Assembly: GCA_905215405.1 (NCBI GenBank)
Contig: CAJMQE010000002.1
Span: forward strand, 26,681 to 90,680
DNA length: 64,000 nucleotides
Direction of reading: 5' to 3'
Source of the DNA: an uncultured bacterium
GTDB lineage: Bacteria > Bacillota > Clostridia > Lachnospirales > Lachnospiraceae
Below the pieces are notes generated by a model. It was not told the origin of the DNA. It made no database searches and was given only the letters and a program-made list of their open reading frames with translations. The position numbers were made by a program, and so were the translations under genes. Shown piece after piece: positions 10,409-19,905 of the stretch; the stretch's first letter is position 1, and the number at the start of each line of letters is the position of its first letter.

Positions 10409-11359
10409 CTATAATGTCGTACTTGTTCTCTTAATATTAGATTCAAATAATCTGTTGTAGCCAAGCCATTCCTGTGTGGATTCCTTTGAATCCATCAGTT
10501 CACGCATTGTTTCCATCTTTGCATCCAGATTATCTGCCATACTGAGCGCTACCGCCTCACACAGAGCTGGTTTTTTAGGTGAGCCATACTCCAGTTCTCC
10601 GTGGTGAGAAAGAATACAATGTTTGATTTCCGATGCGAGCATTGGTGGGAATCCAGGAACTTCTTTTACCTTTTCACCGATCATTTCACAACCCATAACG
10701 ATATGGCCAAGAAGATTTCCATCATCTGTGTAATCATTTTCAGGGAACAGTGAGAATTCCTTTGTTTTACCAATATCGTGTAACATAGCTGATGCAATAA
10801 GAAGATCTCTGTCAAGCATTGGATACATATCTGCATAAGTATTACAGAGTCTTGTTACACCAAGGCTGTGTTCCAGAAGCCCGCCTACAAATCCATGATG
10901 AATGGATCTTGCTGCTGAAACAGTCTTAAATGTTTTAACCAGCTGTTCATCCTTCACAAAAAATACTTCCAGCAATTGCTTTATGTAAGGATTCTGGATC
11001 TTATTCATATATCCAAGCATTTCTGAAAACATATCCTCGATATTAAATCTGCTGACAGGCAGATAATTAGCTGGATCATATTCTCCTTCTGATACTTTTC
11101 TAAGTCTGTCGATCTTTAACTGCAGAGCTCCGTTGAAGCTGGTTACCAGTCCATTGATCTCTACATAATCAAAAATCTCAAAATCACCGATTCCGGCAGA
11201 AGTAGGATCCCAGATCTTACTGTCAAGACAACCTGTCTTATCCTGCAGAATGACATTTTCATATTCCTTTCCGGTCTTTGTCATTGCAAGAGACTTGTTC
11301 TTACATAAAAAGATCTCCGATACTCTGTCACCATCTCGTAATGTTTCAATAAAACGCAT
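10409..11359 (-). CDS. yhaM: 3'-5' exoribonuclease YhaM (OB-fold plus HD domain)
   Basis: N-terminal OB-fold-like region, then an HD domain (HHGFVGGLLEHS...MLHDIGK...SHHG). Confidence 0.85.
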   Translation of the reverse strand: MRFIETLRDGDRVSEIFLCKNKSLAMTKTGKEYENVILQDKTGCLDSKIWDPTSAGIGDFEIFDYVEINGLVTSFNGALQLKIDRLRKVSEGEYDPANYLPVSRFNIEDMFSEMLGYMNKIQNPYIKQLLEVFFVKDEQLVKTFKTVSAARSIHHGFVGGLLEHSLGVTRLCNTYADMYPMLDRDLLIASAMLHDIGKTKEFSLFPENDYTDDGNLLGHIVMGCEMIGEKVKEVPGFPPMLASEIKHCILSHHGELEYGSPKKPALCEAVALSMADNLDAKMETMRELMDSKESTQEWLGYNRLFESNIKRTSTTL

Positions 11360-11535
11360 TTATATATACCTTCCTAATCTAATTATTTCTAATAAGTTAA
11401 AATTTTCAGATCTGCATCTACCGGCTGACTTACCCGAATAAAACACTGTCGTTCTTCCTTTTCCCGACGATCTGATACATTCTGAAATATTGTACCATAC
11501 AATGCAAATATAAAACAATGACTAAAAATGTCAAA

Positions 11536-12831
11536 CTAACGGGCAGACAGGGAAACATTGAACTCAATATCCTTATATTCATCCTTACCGAGCCGTTTTG
11601 CCGTAATGATGACATTCTGTCCGCTGGAATATTTATTCAGTTTTTCATTCAAGGCTTTAAATGTCAGAACCGTCTCTCCATCAATTGCCGTGATCACATC
11701 TCCTGCCTGGATGCCTGCTGCAAATGCTGGTGAATTTTCAAGAACACTACCGACGTAAACGCCGATTGGAAGTCCATACTGGCTGGACATCTGTGAAGAT
11801 ACATTCTGTCCACTGATTCCACAATAAATCTGCGCTTCGTCATTGGAAAGCGTCTCTATTAACGTTTTCAGATCCGATACTCCAAACACCGTCATCACAC
11901 CATTCTGTCTGGCCGGCTGGGATACCCCTATGATATTGCCATCGGTATTGAAAAGAAATCCAAAGTCTCCCGTAAGATCTGAGATACTGGTACAGATCAT
12001 ATTGTAATAGTTGTCCGTTCCGCTCTGTCCAACTTTCACAGAAGTGGCTACCCCGTAATTCACAGAATTCTCATTGCCAAATAGCTTTCCTGTTGCGACC
12101 ACCACATCGCCCTGGTTCACGAGATAGGAATTATCAAGTTTTGCAACATTTAAATAGGATTTGACCGTATTCGATACTTCACTCATTCGGATGAAAACCA
12201 TTGCATAACCGGTATCATCATCTCCTCTGATCAAATGTGCCTGACAACTGCTTCCATCTGTAAAATACACCGTGAGTGTATCTGCATCCCTGATCACGTT
12301 GTAATCAGTGAGAATGATATATTCATCTTCCGTCGTTGCAATAACTGCGCCTGCCGTATCAATGGAATCATCCGTATCCGGAAGAATACTGTCGTCCTGT
12401 CTGGAATAATATGCTGTGATTGCCACCACACTCCGTCTGGTCTGCATCATTACCTGACGGAACTGCTCATACTCCTGCTCCAGACTGGTATCCCCTGAAA
12501 ATGACGTAGTATCATCGTAATCCTGTGCGACATCGCTGTCGTCACTATCATGCCCTGAAGTGTATCCTGCCGTCTCATCCGGTAAATCATCCAGCGGAAT
12601 AGAGATTCCTTGCTTTTTCGTAGATTCATGTATCAGTTTGTCCGACAAAAGCGGATAAAAAATACAGAATACAAAACACATCACGAATCCGAAAATGGCT
12701 GCCGTTCCGATCAGTTCCAGAAATTTAACATAACGTCTGTATTTCACTAACGGCTTCTCTACAATATTTTCCGTATACAGGTTATATTTTTCATTCTTAT
12801 CGTTCTTATCATTTTCATTGTTTTGTGCCAT
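11536..12831 (-). CDS. Membrane-anchored trypsin-like/PDZ domain protein (HtrA-like architecture, catalytic motifs not evident)
   Basis: N-terminal TM segment, acidic linker, a chymotrypsin-fold-like region and a clear C-terminal PDZ (GVYVGSVLENSPAFAAGIQAGDVITAIDGE). The position expected for GNSGGPL reads TGDFGFLFN. Start taken at MAQNNEN, after GGTGAGG. Confidence 0.65.
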   Translation of the reverse strand: MAQNNENDKNDKNEKYNLYTENIVEKPLVKYRRYVKFLELIGTAAIFGFVMCFVFCIFYPLLSDKLIHESTKKQGISIPLDDLPDETAGYTSGHDSDDSDVAQDYDDTTSFSGDTSLEQEYEQFRQVMMQTRRSVVAITAYYSRQDDSILPDTDDSIDTAGAVIATTEDEYIILTDYNVIRDADTLTVYFTDGSSCQAHLIRGDDDTGYAMVFIRMSEVSNTVKSYLNVAKLDNSYLVNQGDVVVATGKLFGNENSVNYGVATSVKVGQSGTDNYYNMICTSISDLTGDFGFLFNTDGNIIGVSQPARQNGVMTVFGVSDLKTLIETLSNDEAQIYCGISGQNVSSQMSSQYGLPIGVYVGSVLENSPAFAAGIQAGDVITAIDGETVLTFKALNEKLNKYSSGQNVIITAKRLGKDEYKDIEFNVSLSAR

Positions 12832-13081
12832 AGCATACCTCACCTAGTATAGAAAATCATGTTCGTTAATTATAACGTCAATATATGAACAATTTATGAC
12901 ATATGTGTAAATTTATTATAGTATTTTATCATAAAATGGGGTAAGATATATACAGAGTTTTTTCGCATTTTTCCGGCATTTTTCAGTACCGAGTACCTCA
13001 GTTTACTGTTTTTTTGTGCGGAAGCGAAAATTAGACCACGACCATGTAACAATGCAACATTTTTAGATTTGGGGTAATTAA

Positions 13082-15451
13082 ATGAATACAAAAGCACTTC
13101 ATACATTAGAATATGATAAAATTATACAGAAACTCGAAGAATATGCCAGTTCCCAGCTCGGAAAGCAGCTTTGCCGTAATCTGAAGCCCTCAACCGACAT
13201 CAACGAGATCAATGATGCACTGACACAGACAAATGATGCGCTCTCCCGTGTTCTTTCACACGGTGGCATTTCCTATTCCGGCATTTCCGATGTCCGTCCA
13301 TCTGTAAAAAGACTGGCAATCGGAAGTTCTCTGGGAATTGTAGAACTGTTGAGAATCAGTGCGCTGCTCGATGTAGCTTCCAAAGCAAAGACATTTGCCG
13401 GACATAAAGAGGAAGAAGACAGTCTGACCGCACTTTTCGCTTCTCTTGAACCAGTTCATCCACTGAATTCCGAGATCAAGCGTTGCATAATTTCCGAAGA
13501 AGAAATTGCAGATGATGCAAGCAGTAATCTGAAAAATATCCGTCGACAGATGCGAGCTGCCGGAGATAAGATTCACACAGAACTGACACGTATTGTCAGC
13601 TCCCAGAACACCCGGACTTATCTGCAGGACAGTGTTATTACGACCCGTGCTGGCAGATACTGTCTTCCGGTAAAAGCTGAATATAAATCACAGATTCCTG
13701 GTATGGTACACGATCAGTCGTCCACTGGTTCTACATTCTTCATTGAACCTATGTCTGTTGTAAAACTAAACAACGAGATCAAGGAACTTTCATTAAAAGA
13801 ACAGGCAGAGATCGAAGTCATTCTTGCAAACCTGAGTGCAATTGCTGCTGAGTATCAGGAACAAATTGAAACAGATCAGTCCGTACTGGTACAGCTTGAT
13901 TTTATCTTTGCAAAAGCAATGTTATCCAGACATTTTAAATGTAGCTGTCCTGTTATGAATACCAATGGATATATCAATATCAAAAAAGGAAGACATCCTT
14001 TGATTGATGCTGCAAAAGTCGTTCCGATCGATATTTATCTCGGTAAAGAATTTACACTGCTGATCATTACGGGACCTAATACCGGCGGTAAGACTGTCTC
14101 CTTAAAGACGGTCGGTCTTCTGACACTGATGGGACAATCCGGACTCAACATTCCCGCTTTCGATCACTCTGAACTGGCTGTATTCGATAACGTATTTGCA
14201 GATATCGGTGATGAACAGAGTATTGAGCAGAGCCTGAGTACATTCTCCTCACATATGACCAATACTGTCAATATCTTAAAGACTGCGGATGCGAACAGCC
14301 TGATTTTGTTCGATGAGATCGGTGCCGGAACTGATCCTACCGAAGGTGCGGCTCTGGCAATTTCCATTCTTTCCGATCTGCACAACCGTGGAATCCGTAC
14401 TATGGCGACGACCCATTATAGTGAAATCAAAGTGTATGCCCTCTCAACCGAAGGTGTTGAAAATGCATGCTGCGAGTTCGATGTAGCCAGTCTGCGTCCG
14501 ACCTACCGCCTGCTGATCGGTGTTCCCGGTAAAAGTAACGCATTTGCAATTTCCAGCAAATTAGGGCTTCCTCAATACATAATTGATGACGCCGGTTCCA
14601 GAATTGGTAAACAGGATGTTGCATTTGAAGATCTTTTGACCGATCTGGAAAATAACCGAATCATTATCGAAAAAGAACGTGAAGAGATCAGAAATTACAA
14701 ATCTGAAGTAGAAAAGCTGAAAAAAGAGATTCAGCAGAAATCCGATAATCTCGAAGACCGTCGTGACAAGATCTTAAAGACTGCCAATGAACAGGCTGCC
14801 GATATTCTTCGTGAAGCAAAAGAATATGCGGATAATACGATCAAGACCATGAATAAGCATGGCATGAATATGAAAGAACTGGAACAGGCACGTAGTAAAG
14901 TTCGCTCTAAACTGGACGAACGTCAGAGCAAACTTTCTCTGAAAAATACTGCTAAAAAGCCAGCCAAGAAACATAAACCAGCTGAATTTACCCTTGGTAC
15001 AAAAGTCAAAGTACTCAGCATGAATTTAACTGGAACTGTAAGCACAAAACCGAACCAGAAAGGTGATCTTTTCGTACAGATGGGAATTCTTCGTTCTCAG
15101 GTCAACATTTCCGACCTGGAAATCATTCAGGAAGATGCTTATGGCAAAAAAGTTTCCAATACCAAAGCGACAGGTTCCGGAAGAATCAAGATGTCCAAAT
15201 CATCTTCTATCAAAACCGAGATCAATCTGCTTGGCTATACCGTAGATGAAGCAATTGCGATTCTTGATAAATATTTGGATGATGCATATCTGGCAAAAGT
15301 TCCACAGGTTCGTATCGTTCATGGAAAAGGTACTGGTGCACTTCGTAACGGTGTAACCAGCTACTTAAAGGGCATTCCATATATCAAATCATTTCGTCTT
15401 GGTGAGATCGGTGAAGGGGATACCGGTGTCACGATCGTAGATTTTAAATAA
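13082..15451 (+). CDS. mutS2: Endonuclease MutS2 (MutS domain plus C-terminal Smr)
   Basis: Walker A GPNTGGKT, MutS ATPase core, coiled-coil region, and a C-terminal Smr (INLLGYTVDEA...VRIVHGKGTGALR). Confidence 0.95.
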   Translation: MNTKALHTLEYDKIIQKLEEYASSQLGKQLCRNLKPSTDINEINDALTQTNDALSRVLSHGGISYSGISDVRPSVKRLAIGSSLGIVELLRISALLDVASKAKTFAGHKEEEDSLTALFASLEPVHPLNSEIKRCIISEEEIADDASSNLKNIRRQMRAAGDKIHTELTRIVSSQNTRTYLQDSVITTRAGRYCLPVKAEYKSQIPGMVHDQSSTGSTFFIEPMSVVKLNNEIKELSLKEQAEIEVILANLSAIAAEYQEQIETDQSVLVQLDFIFAKAMLSRHFKCSCPVMNTNGYINIKKGRHPLIDAAKVVPIDIYLGKEFTLLIITGPNTGGKTVSLKTVGLLTLMGQSGLNIPAFDHSELAVFDNVFADIGDEQSIEQSLSTFSSHMTNTVNILKTADANSLILFDEIGAGTDPTEGAALAISILSDLHNRGIRTMATTHYSEIKVYALSTEGVENACCEFDVASLRPTYRLLIGVPGKSNAFAISSKLGLPQYIIDDAGSRIGKQDVAFEDLLTDLENNRIIIEKEREEIRNYKSEVEKLKKEIQQKSDNLEDRRDKILKTANEQAADILREAKEYADNTIKTMNKHGMNMKELEQARSKVRSKLDERQSKLSLKNTAKKPAKKHKPAEFTLGTKVKVLSMNLTGTVSTKPNQKGDLFVQMGILRSQVNISDLEIIQEDAYGKKVSNTKATGSGRIKMSKSSSIKTEINLLGYTVDEAIAILDKYLDDAYLAKVPQVRIVHGKGTGALRNGVTSYLKGIPYIKSFRLGEIGEGDTGVTIVDFK

Positions 15452-15496
15452 GGTAAATGAAACTATAAAACGAGGTAGTATCAGGGAGGAATAAAT

Positions 15497-16201
15497 ATGG
15501 CAGCAAAACAGAAAATTCTAATAGTAGACGATGATAACAATATTGCAGAATTAATTTCACTCTATCTGACCAAAGAGTGTTACGAAACACTGATCGTAAA
15601 CGATGGGGAGAGTGCAATCGTACAGTGTGAATCCTTTAAACCGAATCTGATCCTACTGGATCTGATGCTTCCAGGTATGGATGGTTATCAGGTCTGCCGT
15701 GAGATCCGCAAAGATAACAATGTACCAATTATTATGCTGTCAGCTAAAGGTGAAACATTTGACAAGGTACTCGGCCTGGAACTGGGAGCTGATGATTATA
15801 TCATCAAACCTTTTGATTCAAAGGAAATGGTTGCAAGAGTCAAAGCTGTTCTGCGCCGTTACCACCTTCCACAGTCATCAATTGCTGATTCTGATTCCAG
15901 CAAAACTGTGGACTATCCTGATTTATCTATCAACCTGAGCAACTACTCTGTTATTTACAACGGAAAGTCCGTGGAGATGCCTCCAAAAGAGCTGGAGCTC
16001 CTGTATTTTCTTGCAGCTTCTCCAAATCAGGTCTTTACCAGAGAGCAGCTTCTCGATCATATCTGGGGATATGAATACCTTGGTGATACCCGTACCGTTG
16101 ATGTACATATCAAACGTCTGCGTGAGAAAATCAAAGATCACGATAAATGGGCACTGACCACTGTATGGGGCATTGGATACAAATTTGAGGTCAGAAAATA
16201 G
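15497..16201 (+). CDS. OmpR-family response regulator
   Basis: Receiver domain (ILIVDDD...LLDLMLPGMDG...SAKG) plus a winged-helix C-terminus (...RTVDVHIKRLREKI...VWGIGYKF). Confidence 0.95.
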   Translation: MAAKQKILIVDDDNNIAELISLYLTKECYETLIVNDGESAIVQCESFKPNLILLDLMLPGMDGYQVCREIRKDNNVPIIMLSAKGETFDKVLGLELGADDYIIKPFDSKEMVARVKAVLRRYHLPQSSIADSDSSKTVDYPDLSINLSNYSVIYNGKSVEMPPKELELLYFLAASPNQVFTREQLLDHIWGYEYLGDTRTVDVHIKRLREKIKDHDKWALTTVWGIGYKFEVRK

Positions 16202-16214
16202 GGGGCACGTTCAG

Positions 16215-17615
16215 ATGAAATTTAATCTTCTGTATAAATTTGTATTTGTATATATCATCAGTGCAATTACAGGTTTTATTGCTATTTCATTTATTTCCTA
16301 TAGTATCAATTACCGGACCATCAGTGAAAATGCTGCCTCAACAATGTATAAAGAGGCAGTCAGCATTTCGACCCAGTATGGGCAGACCTATTTTTCCGAT
16401 GAGAATCTACGGATGATTCAGACCGAGCTCTCAATCATCTCAAAACTCGGTGACAACAGAATCATGATTATTGATCCAAATGGAAATATCCTGCTCGATA
16501 CCGCTGCAGAAGCCGATGATCCAACTACACTCGTGGATTTTGACTCTACCTTATCCGGTAGTAAATACTATCAGAGTGGTTCCTTTTACGGATTTTTTGA
16601 TGATAATATGCTAAGTGTACTGGCTCCTGTTACAAGCTCTTATGCCACAAAAGGTTACGTAGCCATCCACGTGCCAGAGTCCCAGTTGCACGCGACTGCA
16701 CAGACAAACTTCGGCTCGAACTATATTTCCTTTCTTATCATGCTTGCTCTTGCAACACTTTTTATTATCACTTATCTGATAGAAGTACATATTCCTTTGA
16801 AAGAGATCATCAAAGGCACTGATGAGTATGGGAAAGGAAACTTGAGTTATAAGATCAAATCCCTGAACAATGATGAAATCGGTTTACTCGGAAATTCCCT
16901 GAATTATATGGCATCTGAACTACATGAAATGGATCATTTTCAAAAGAAGTTCATATCTAATGTATCTCATGATTTCCGTTCTCCTCTAACTTCCATCAAA
17001 GGTTACCTGGAAGCGATTCTCGATGGTACCATTCCACCGGAAATGAGTCCGAAATATCTGCACATTGTTCTCAACGAAACAGAACGTCTGACCAAACTGA
17101 CCAATAACATTCTGACACTCAATGACCTCGATCCAAAGACTGTACGCCTTGATATTGTGGCATTTGATATCAACCGGACGATCCGACAGATTATTGAAAC
17201 ATTTGAGGGCATCTGTATGGAGAAAAAAATCACATTTCATCTGACTTTTTCCTCAAAAGAACTCAATGTCAGTGCTGACAAGGACAAGATTCAGCAGGTC
17301 ATCTACAATCTGATCGACAATGCGATTAAATTTAGCTCACCTGGCTCCAGTATCGGCATTAATACCACTGTCAAAGGTGAAAAAGCCTATATTTCTGTAC
17401 GCGACTCTGGTGTTGGCATTCCAAGGGAAAGTCTGGATAAGATCTGGGATCGTTTCTACAAAACGGATTCTTCCAGAGGGAAAGATAAGAAAGGCTCTGG
17501 CCTTGGGCTTTCTATCACCAAAGAAGTCATTCAGTCACATGGCGAAACGATCGATGTAATCAGTACCGTCGGTGTAGGCACAGAATTTATCTTTACCCTG
17601 CCTCGTATTCGCTAA
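16215..17615 (+). CDS. Sensor histidine kinase (TM-sensor-TM-HAMP-HisKA-HATPase)
   Basis: H-box FISNVSHDFRSPLTSI, N-box NLIDNAIKFS, G-boxes DSGVGIP and GSGLGLSI. Start taken at MKFNLLYKF. Confidence 0.9.
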   Translation: MKFNLLYKFVFVYIISAITGFIAISFISYSINYRTISENAASTMYKEAVSISTQYGQTYFSDENLRMIQTELSIISKLGDNRIMIIDPNGNILLDTAAEADDPTTLVDFDSTLSGSKYYQSGSFYGFFDDNMLSVLAPVTSSYATKGYVAIHVPESQLHATAQTNFGSNYISFLIMLALATLFIITYLIEVHIPLKEIIKGTDEYGKGNLSYKIKSLNNDEIGLLGNSLNYMASELHEMDHFQKKFISNVSHDFRSPLTSIKGYLEAILDGTIPPEMSPKYLHIVLNETERLTKLTNNILTLNDLDPKTVRLDIVAFDINRTIRQIIETFEGICMEKKITFHLTFSSKELNVSADKDKIQQVIYNLIDNAIKFSSPGSSIGINTTVKGEKAYISVRDSGVGIPRESLDKIWDRFYKTDSSRGKDKKGSGLGLSITKEVIQSHGETIDVISTVGVGTEFIFTLPRIR

Positions 17616-17679
17616 AGTACGGAATTCAGAATATTAAGAGTTTCAGATTAGAACTATTAATACGTGAAGATCTTAAAAT

Positions 17680-17775
17680 AGAAAATGTTAATATATGTAG
17701 ATTTTAATGTCAGGTATGTTAATATATATAGATCTCAATATAAAAATGTTAATATATGTAGATTTCAATATCAGA
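17680..17775. repeat. AT-rich tandem repeat of about 31 bp, 3 copies
   Basis: The core ATGTTAATATAT(G/A)TAGAT(T/C)T(T/C)AAT recurs at 17685, 17716 and 17746. Confidence 0.7.
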
Positions 17776-17847
17776 AATGATAATAATAAAATATAAGAAA
17801 TGAAGAAACTACTAATATAAAATATAGCAGTATGTAAAATTAAATAG

Positions 17848-17989
17848 AAAAAGCCTGTAGAGCTGCCGAACGAGAAATAATCATAGAATTATTCCTTGCA
17901 AAGGATTTACAACGAACTGTAATTCCTTTCCATAGATGTATATTCCATTTTTGATTTCAAATTCAGATTGCTCTGTACAGGCTTTTTTG
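17848..17989. terminator. Long-range hairpin with flanking A and T runs between the convergent kinase and trmL genes (bidirectional terminator, or possibly a small structured RNA)
   Basis: AAAAAGCCTGTAGAGC (17848-17863) pairs with GCTCTGTACAGGCTTTTTT (17970-17988). About 105 nt lie between the arms, including an inner hairpin AAAGGATTTACA/TGTAATTCCTTT. Confidence 0.45.
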
Positions 17990-18063
17990 TTGTTTTATAT
18001 TGTTTCATGTTGTTGCATGTTTACTAATTGACCACTGGCATGAACTACTACTGCCTGATTGAT

Positions 18064-18558
18064 CTATTTCCAGTCGAACATCCGTAAATGTCCCTCACAG
18101 TTCATATGACTGAAATTATTCTGTCTGAGTGCTTCATATAACACAATTGCAACAGAATTTCCAAGATTCAGAGATCTAATATCACCGATCATTGGAATTC
18201 TTACAGCAGTATCCTGATGCTCCACCAAGATATCTTCTGGTATACCGGCACTTTCTTTACCAAACATAATATAACAATCCGGCTCATAGTGTACCTCTGT
18301 ATATGTCTGTGGTGCTTTTGTTGTAGCCATATAGATCTTTGCACCAGGGTTTCTATTCAAGAAATCCTGATAATCATCATAGATTGTAACATCAAGTTTG
18401 TCCCAGTAATCCAGACCAGCTCTTTTTAACATTTTATCGTTAATCTGAAAACCAAGTGGCTCAATCAAATGCAGTCTCGCACCTGTTGCGACACAGGTTC
18501 TACCGATATTTCCTGTATTTGCAGGCATCTCTGGCTCATGCAGAACAATATTAATCAT
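18064..18558 (-). CDS. trmL: tRNA (cytidine/uridine-34 2'-O)-methyltransferase TrmL (SpoU/TrmH family)
   Basis: MINIVLHEPEMPANTGNIGRTC... and ...SLNLGNSVAIVLYEA are typical of TrmL. Start taken at the internal M (18558). The ORF-track N-terminal extension to 18636 runs into the first repeat copy. Confidence 0.9.
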   Translation of the reverse strand: MINIVLHEPEMPANTGNIGRTCVATGARLHLIEPLGFQINDKMLKRAGLDYWDKLDVTIYDDYQDFLNRNPGAKIYMATTKAPQTYTEVHYEPDCYIMFGKESAGIPEDILVEHQDTAVRIPMIGDIRSLNLGNSVAIVLYEALRQNNFSHMNCEGHLRMFDWK

Positions 18559-18601
18559 CTCTACACCTTCTTCAAAAAATTCGTCTATACTATAAATAAC
18601 A

Positions 18602-19095
18602 GGCCATGCCAATCTTGTAAATTTGTTGGCTTTCATTTATGGCCCTAAATTTTATTGTTGCTTTCTATCAAGATTGGCCATGCCAATCTTGTAAATTTGC
18701 TGGCTTTCATTTATGCCCCTAAATTTTATTGTTGCCTTCTATCAAGATTGGCTCTGCCAATCTTGTAAATTTGCTGGCTTTCATTTATGGCCTTAAATTT
18801 TATTGTTGCTTTCTATCAAGATTGGCCATGCCAATCTTGTAAATTTGTTGGCTTTCATTTATGGACCTAAATTTTATTATTGCCTTCTATCAAGATTGGC
18901 TCTGCCAATCTTGTAAATTTGCTGGCTTTGATTTATGGACCTAAATTTTATTGTTGCCTTCTATCAAGATTGGCCACGCCAATCTTGTAAATTTGCTGGC
19001 TTTGATTTATGGACCTAAATTTTATTGTTGCCTTCTATCAAGATTGGCCACGCCAATCTTGTAAATTTGCTGGCTTTGATTTATGGCCAGCAAAT
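18602..19095. repeat. 74-bp tandem repeat, 6 full copies plus a truncated seventh
   Basis: Copies start at 18602, 18676, 18750, 18824, 18898, 18972 and 19046, an exact 74-bp period. Each junction carries the palindrome CAAGATTGGC-NNN-GCCAATCTTG, with central triplet CAT, TCT or CAC. Only a few SNPs separate copies. Confidence 0.95.
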
Positions 19096-19101
19096 TTTTT
19101 T
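19063..19101. terminator. Perfect 12-bp hairpin with a T8 run, formed by the truncated last repeat copy; abuts the cheX-like stop
   Basis: AAATTTGCTGGC-loop-GCCAGCAAATTT followed by TTTTT. The terminator shape is strong on the plus strand and weaker on the minus strand (short U-run), where it follows the cheX-like stop at 19100. Confidence 0.5.
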
Positions 19102-19567
19102 AAGCTTTCACCGCAATATACAGTTCCAGCAGTGTCTCTGCTCCAATATTAAGTGGAATACAGATATTTTTCGCACCTGTCATGATTGCTACTCTTCCCT
19201 GACATACAGTAGGTGGTGTAATATCAATTCCAATCCCTTTTGTTGACAGCATCGTTGCAGCATTACCCATAATCATATTACCCAATTCGCTGATGGCACT
19301 CATAGAGATTTCATCCAGCTGTGACACTGGCATTCCCATCATCATTTTTGAGGCAACATCACAGGCTTTGGTTAATGTAAATGCCATTAAAACCTGACCA
19401 CGCATCTCCCCGGTAACACCTATCATAATAATTACAGAATCATTATCAAATTCTGTAGTTTTAACATACGGTTTTCCAACCTTTAAATCATACTGGCACA
19501 TTTCTTTTAAAATGCTGGTTGATGCCATTAGAAATGGGTTGATGCATTCTACATTAATATCAGCCAT
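19100..19567 (-). CDS. CheX/CheC-like chemotaxis phosphatase family protein
   Basis: 155 aa: ...INPFLMASTSILKEM...ISELGNMIMGNAATML... matches the CheX/CheC-like fold signature. AAGGAGG lies upstream. No other che genes are in the window. Confidence 0.75.
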   Translation of the reverse strand: MADINVECINPFLMASTSILKEMCQYDLKVGKPYVKTTEFDNDSVIIMIGVTGEMRGQVLMAFTLTKACDVASKMMMGMPVSQLDEISMSAISELGNMIMGNAATMLSTKGIGIDITPPTVCQGRVAIMTGAKNICIPLNIGAETLLELYIAVKA

Positions 19568-19905
19568 TGCAAAATCCTCCTTAGTTAACTCCCGTTATTG
19601 TTGATCTTCTTCTAGTCATAAAATAAATATTACGATTCTATCTCCATGAAGTCGCTATAACTTCATTCTGATCAGAAGCTTTACATGCATGAGAAATACG
19701 GACAAACCCTCTCCACAGTCACCAGATGCACGCTTCTGAAATTACTTTCAGCATAATTACCTTTTCTGCCACTACCAATCTGAATCTATTATTACTGCCA
19801 AAATATGACATTTTTTATTCTAATTCTGACTTCTCCATTATAGCACCAGATAGGTAAATTAGGAAAGACTAAATTAGTACTTTTGTCTTATATAATATAC
19901 GCCTT

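Noticed and set aside
18559-18636. 26-aa N-terminal extension of TrmL in the ORF track (MKANKFTRLAWPVIYSIDEFFEEGVE)
   Set aside because: TrmL-family proteins begin at the M(I/L)xIVLxxPxxPxNTGN segment, and AAGGTG lies ahead of that internal ATG. The extension is encoded by the first repeat copy, so it is most likely a by-product of the repeat.
18602-19095. The 74-bp array as a CRISPR locus
   Set aside because: The whole 74-bp unit repeats with only SNPs. It has no unique spacers, the palindromes are at a fixed 74-bp spacing, and no cas genes are in the window.
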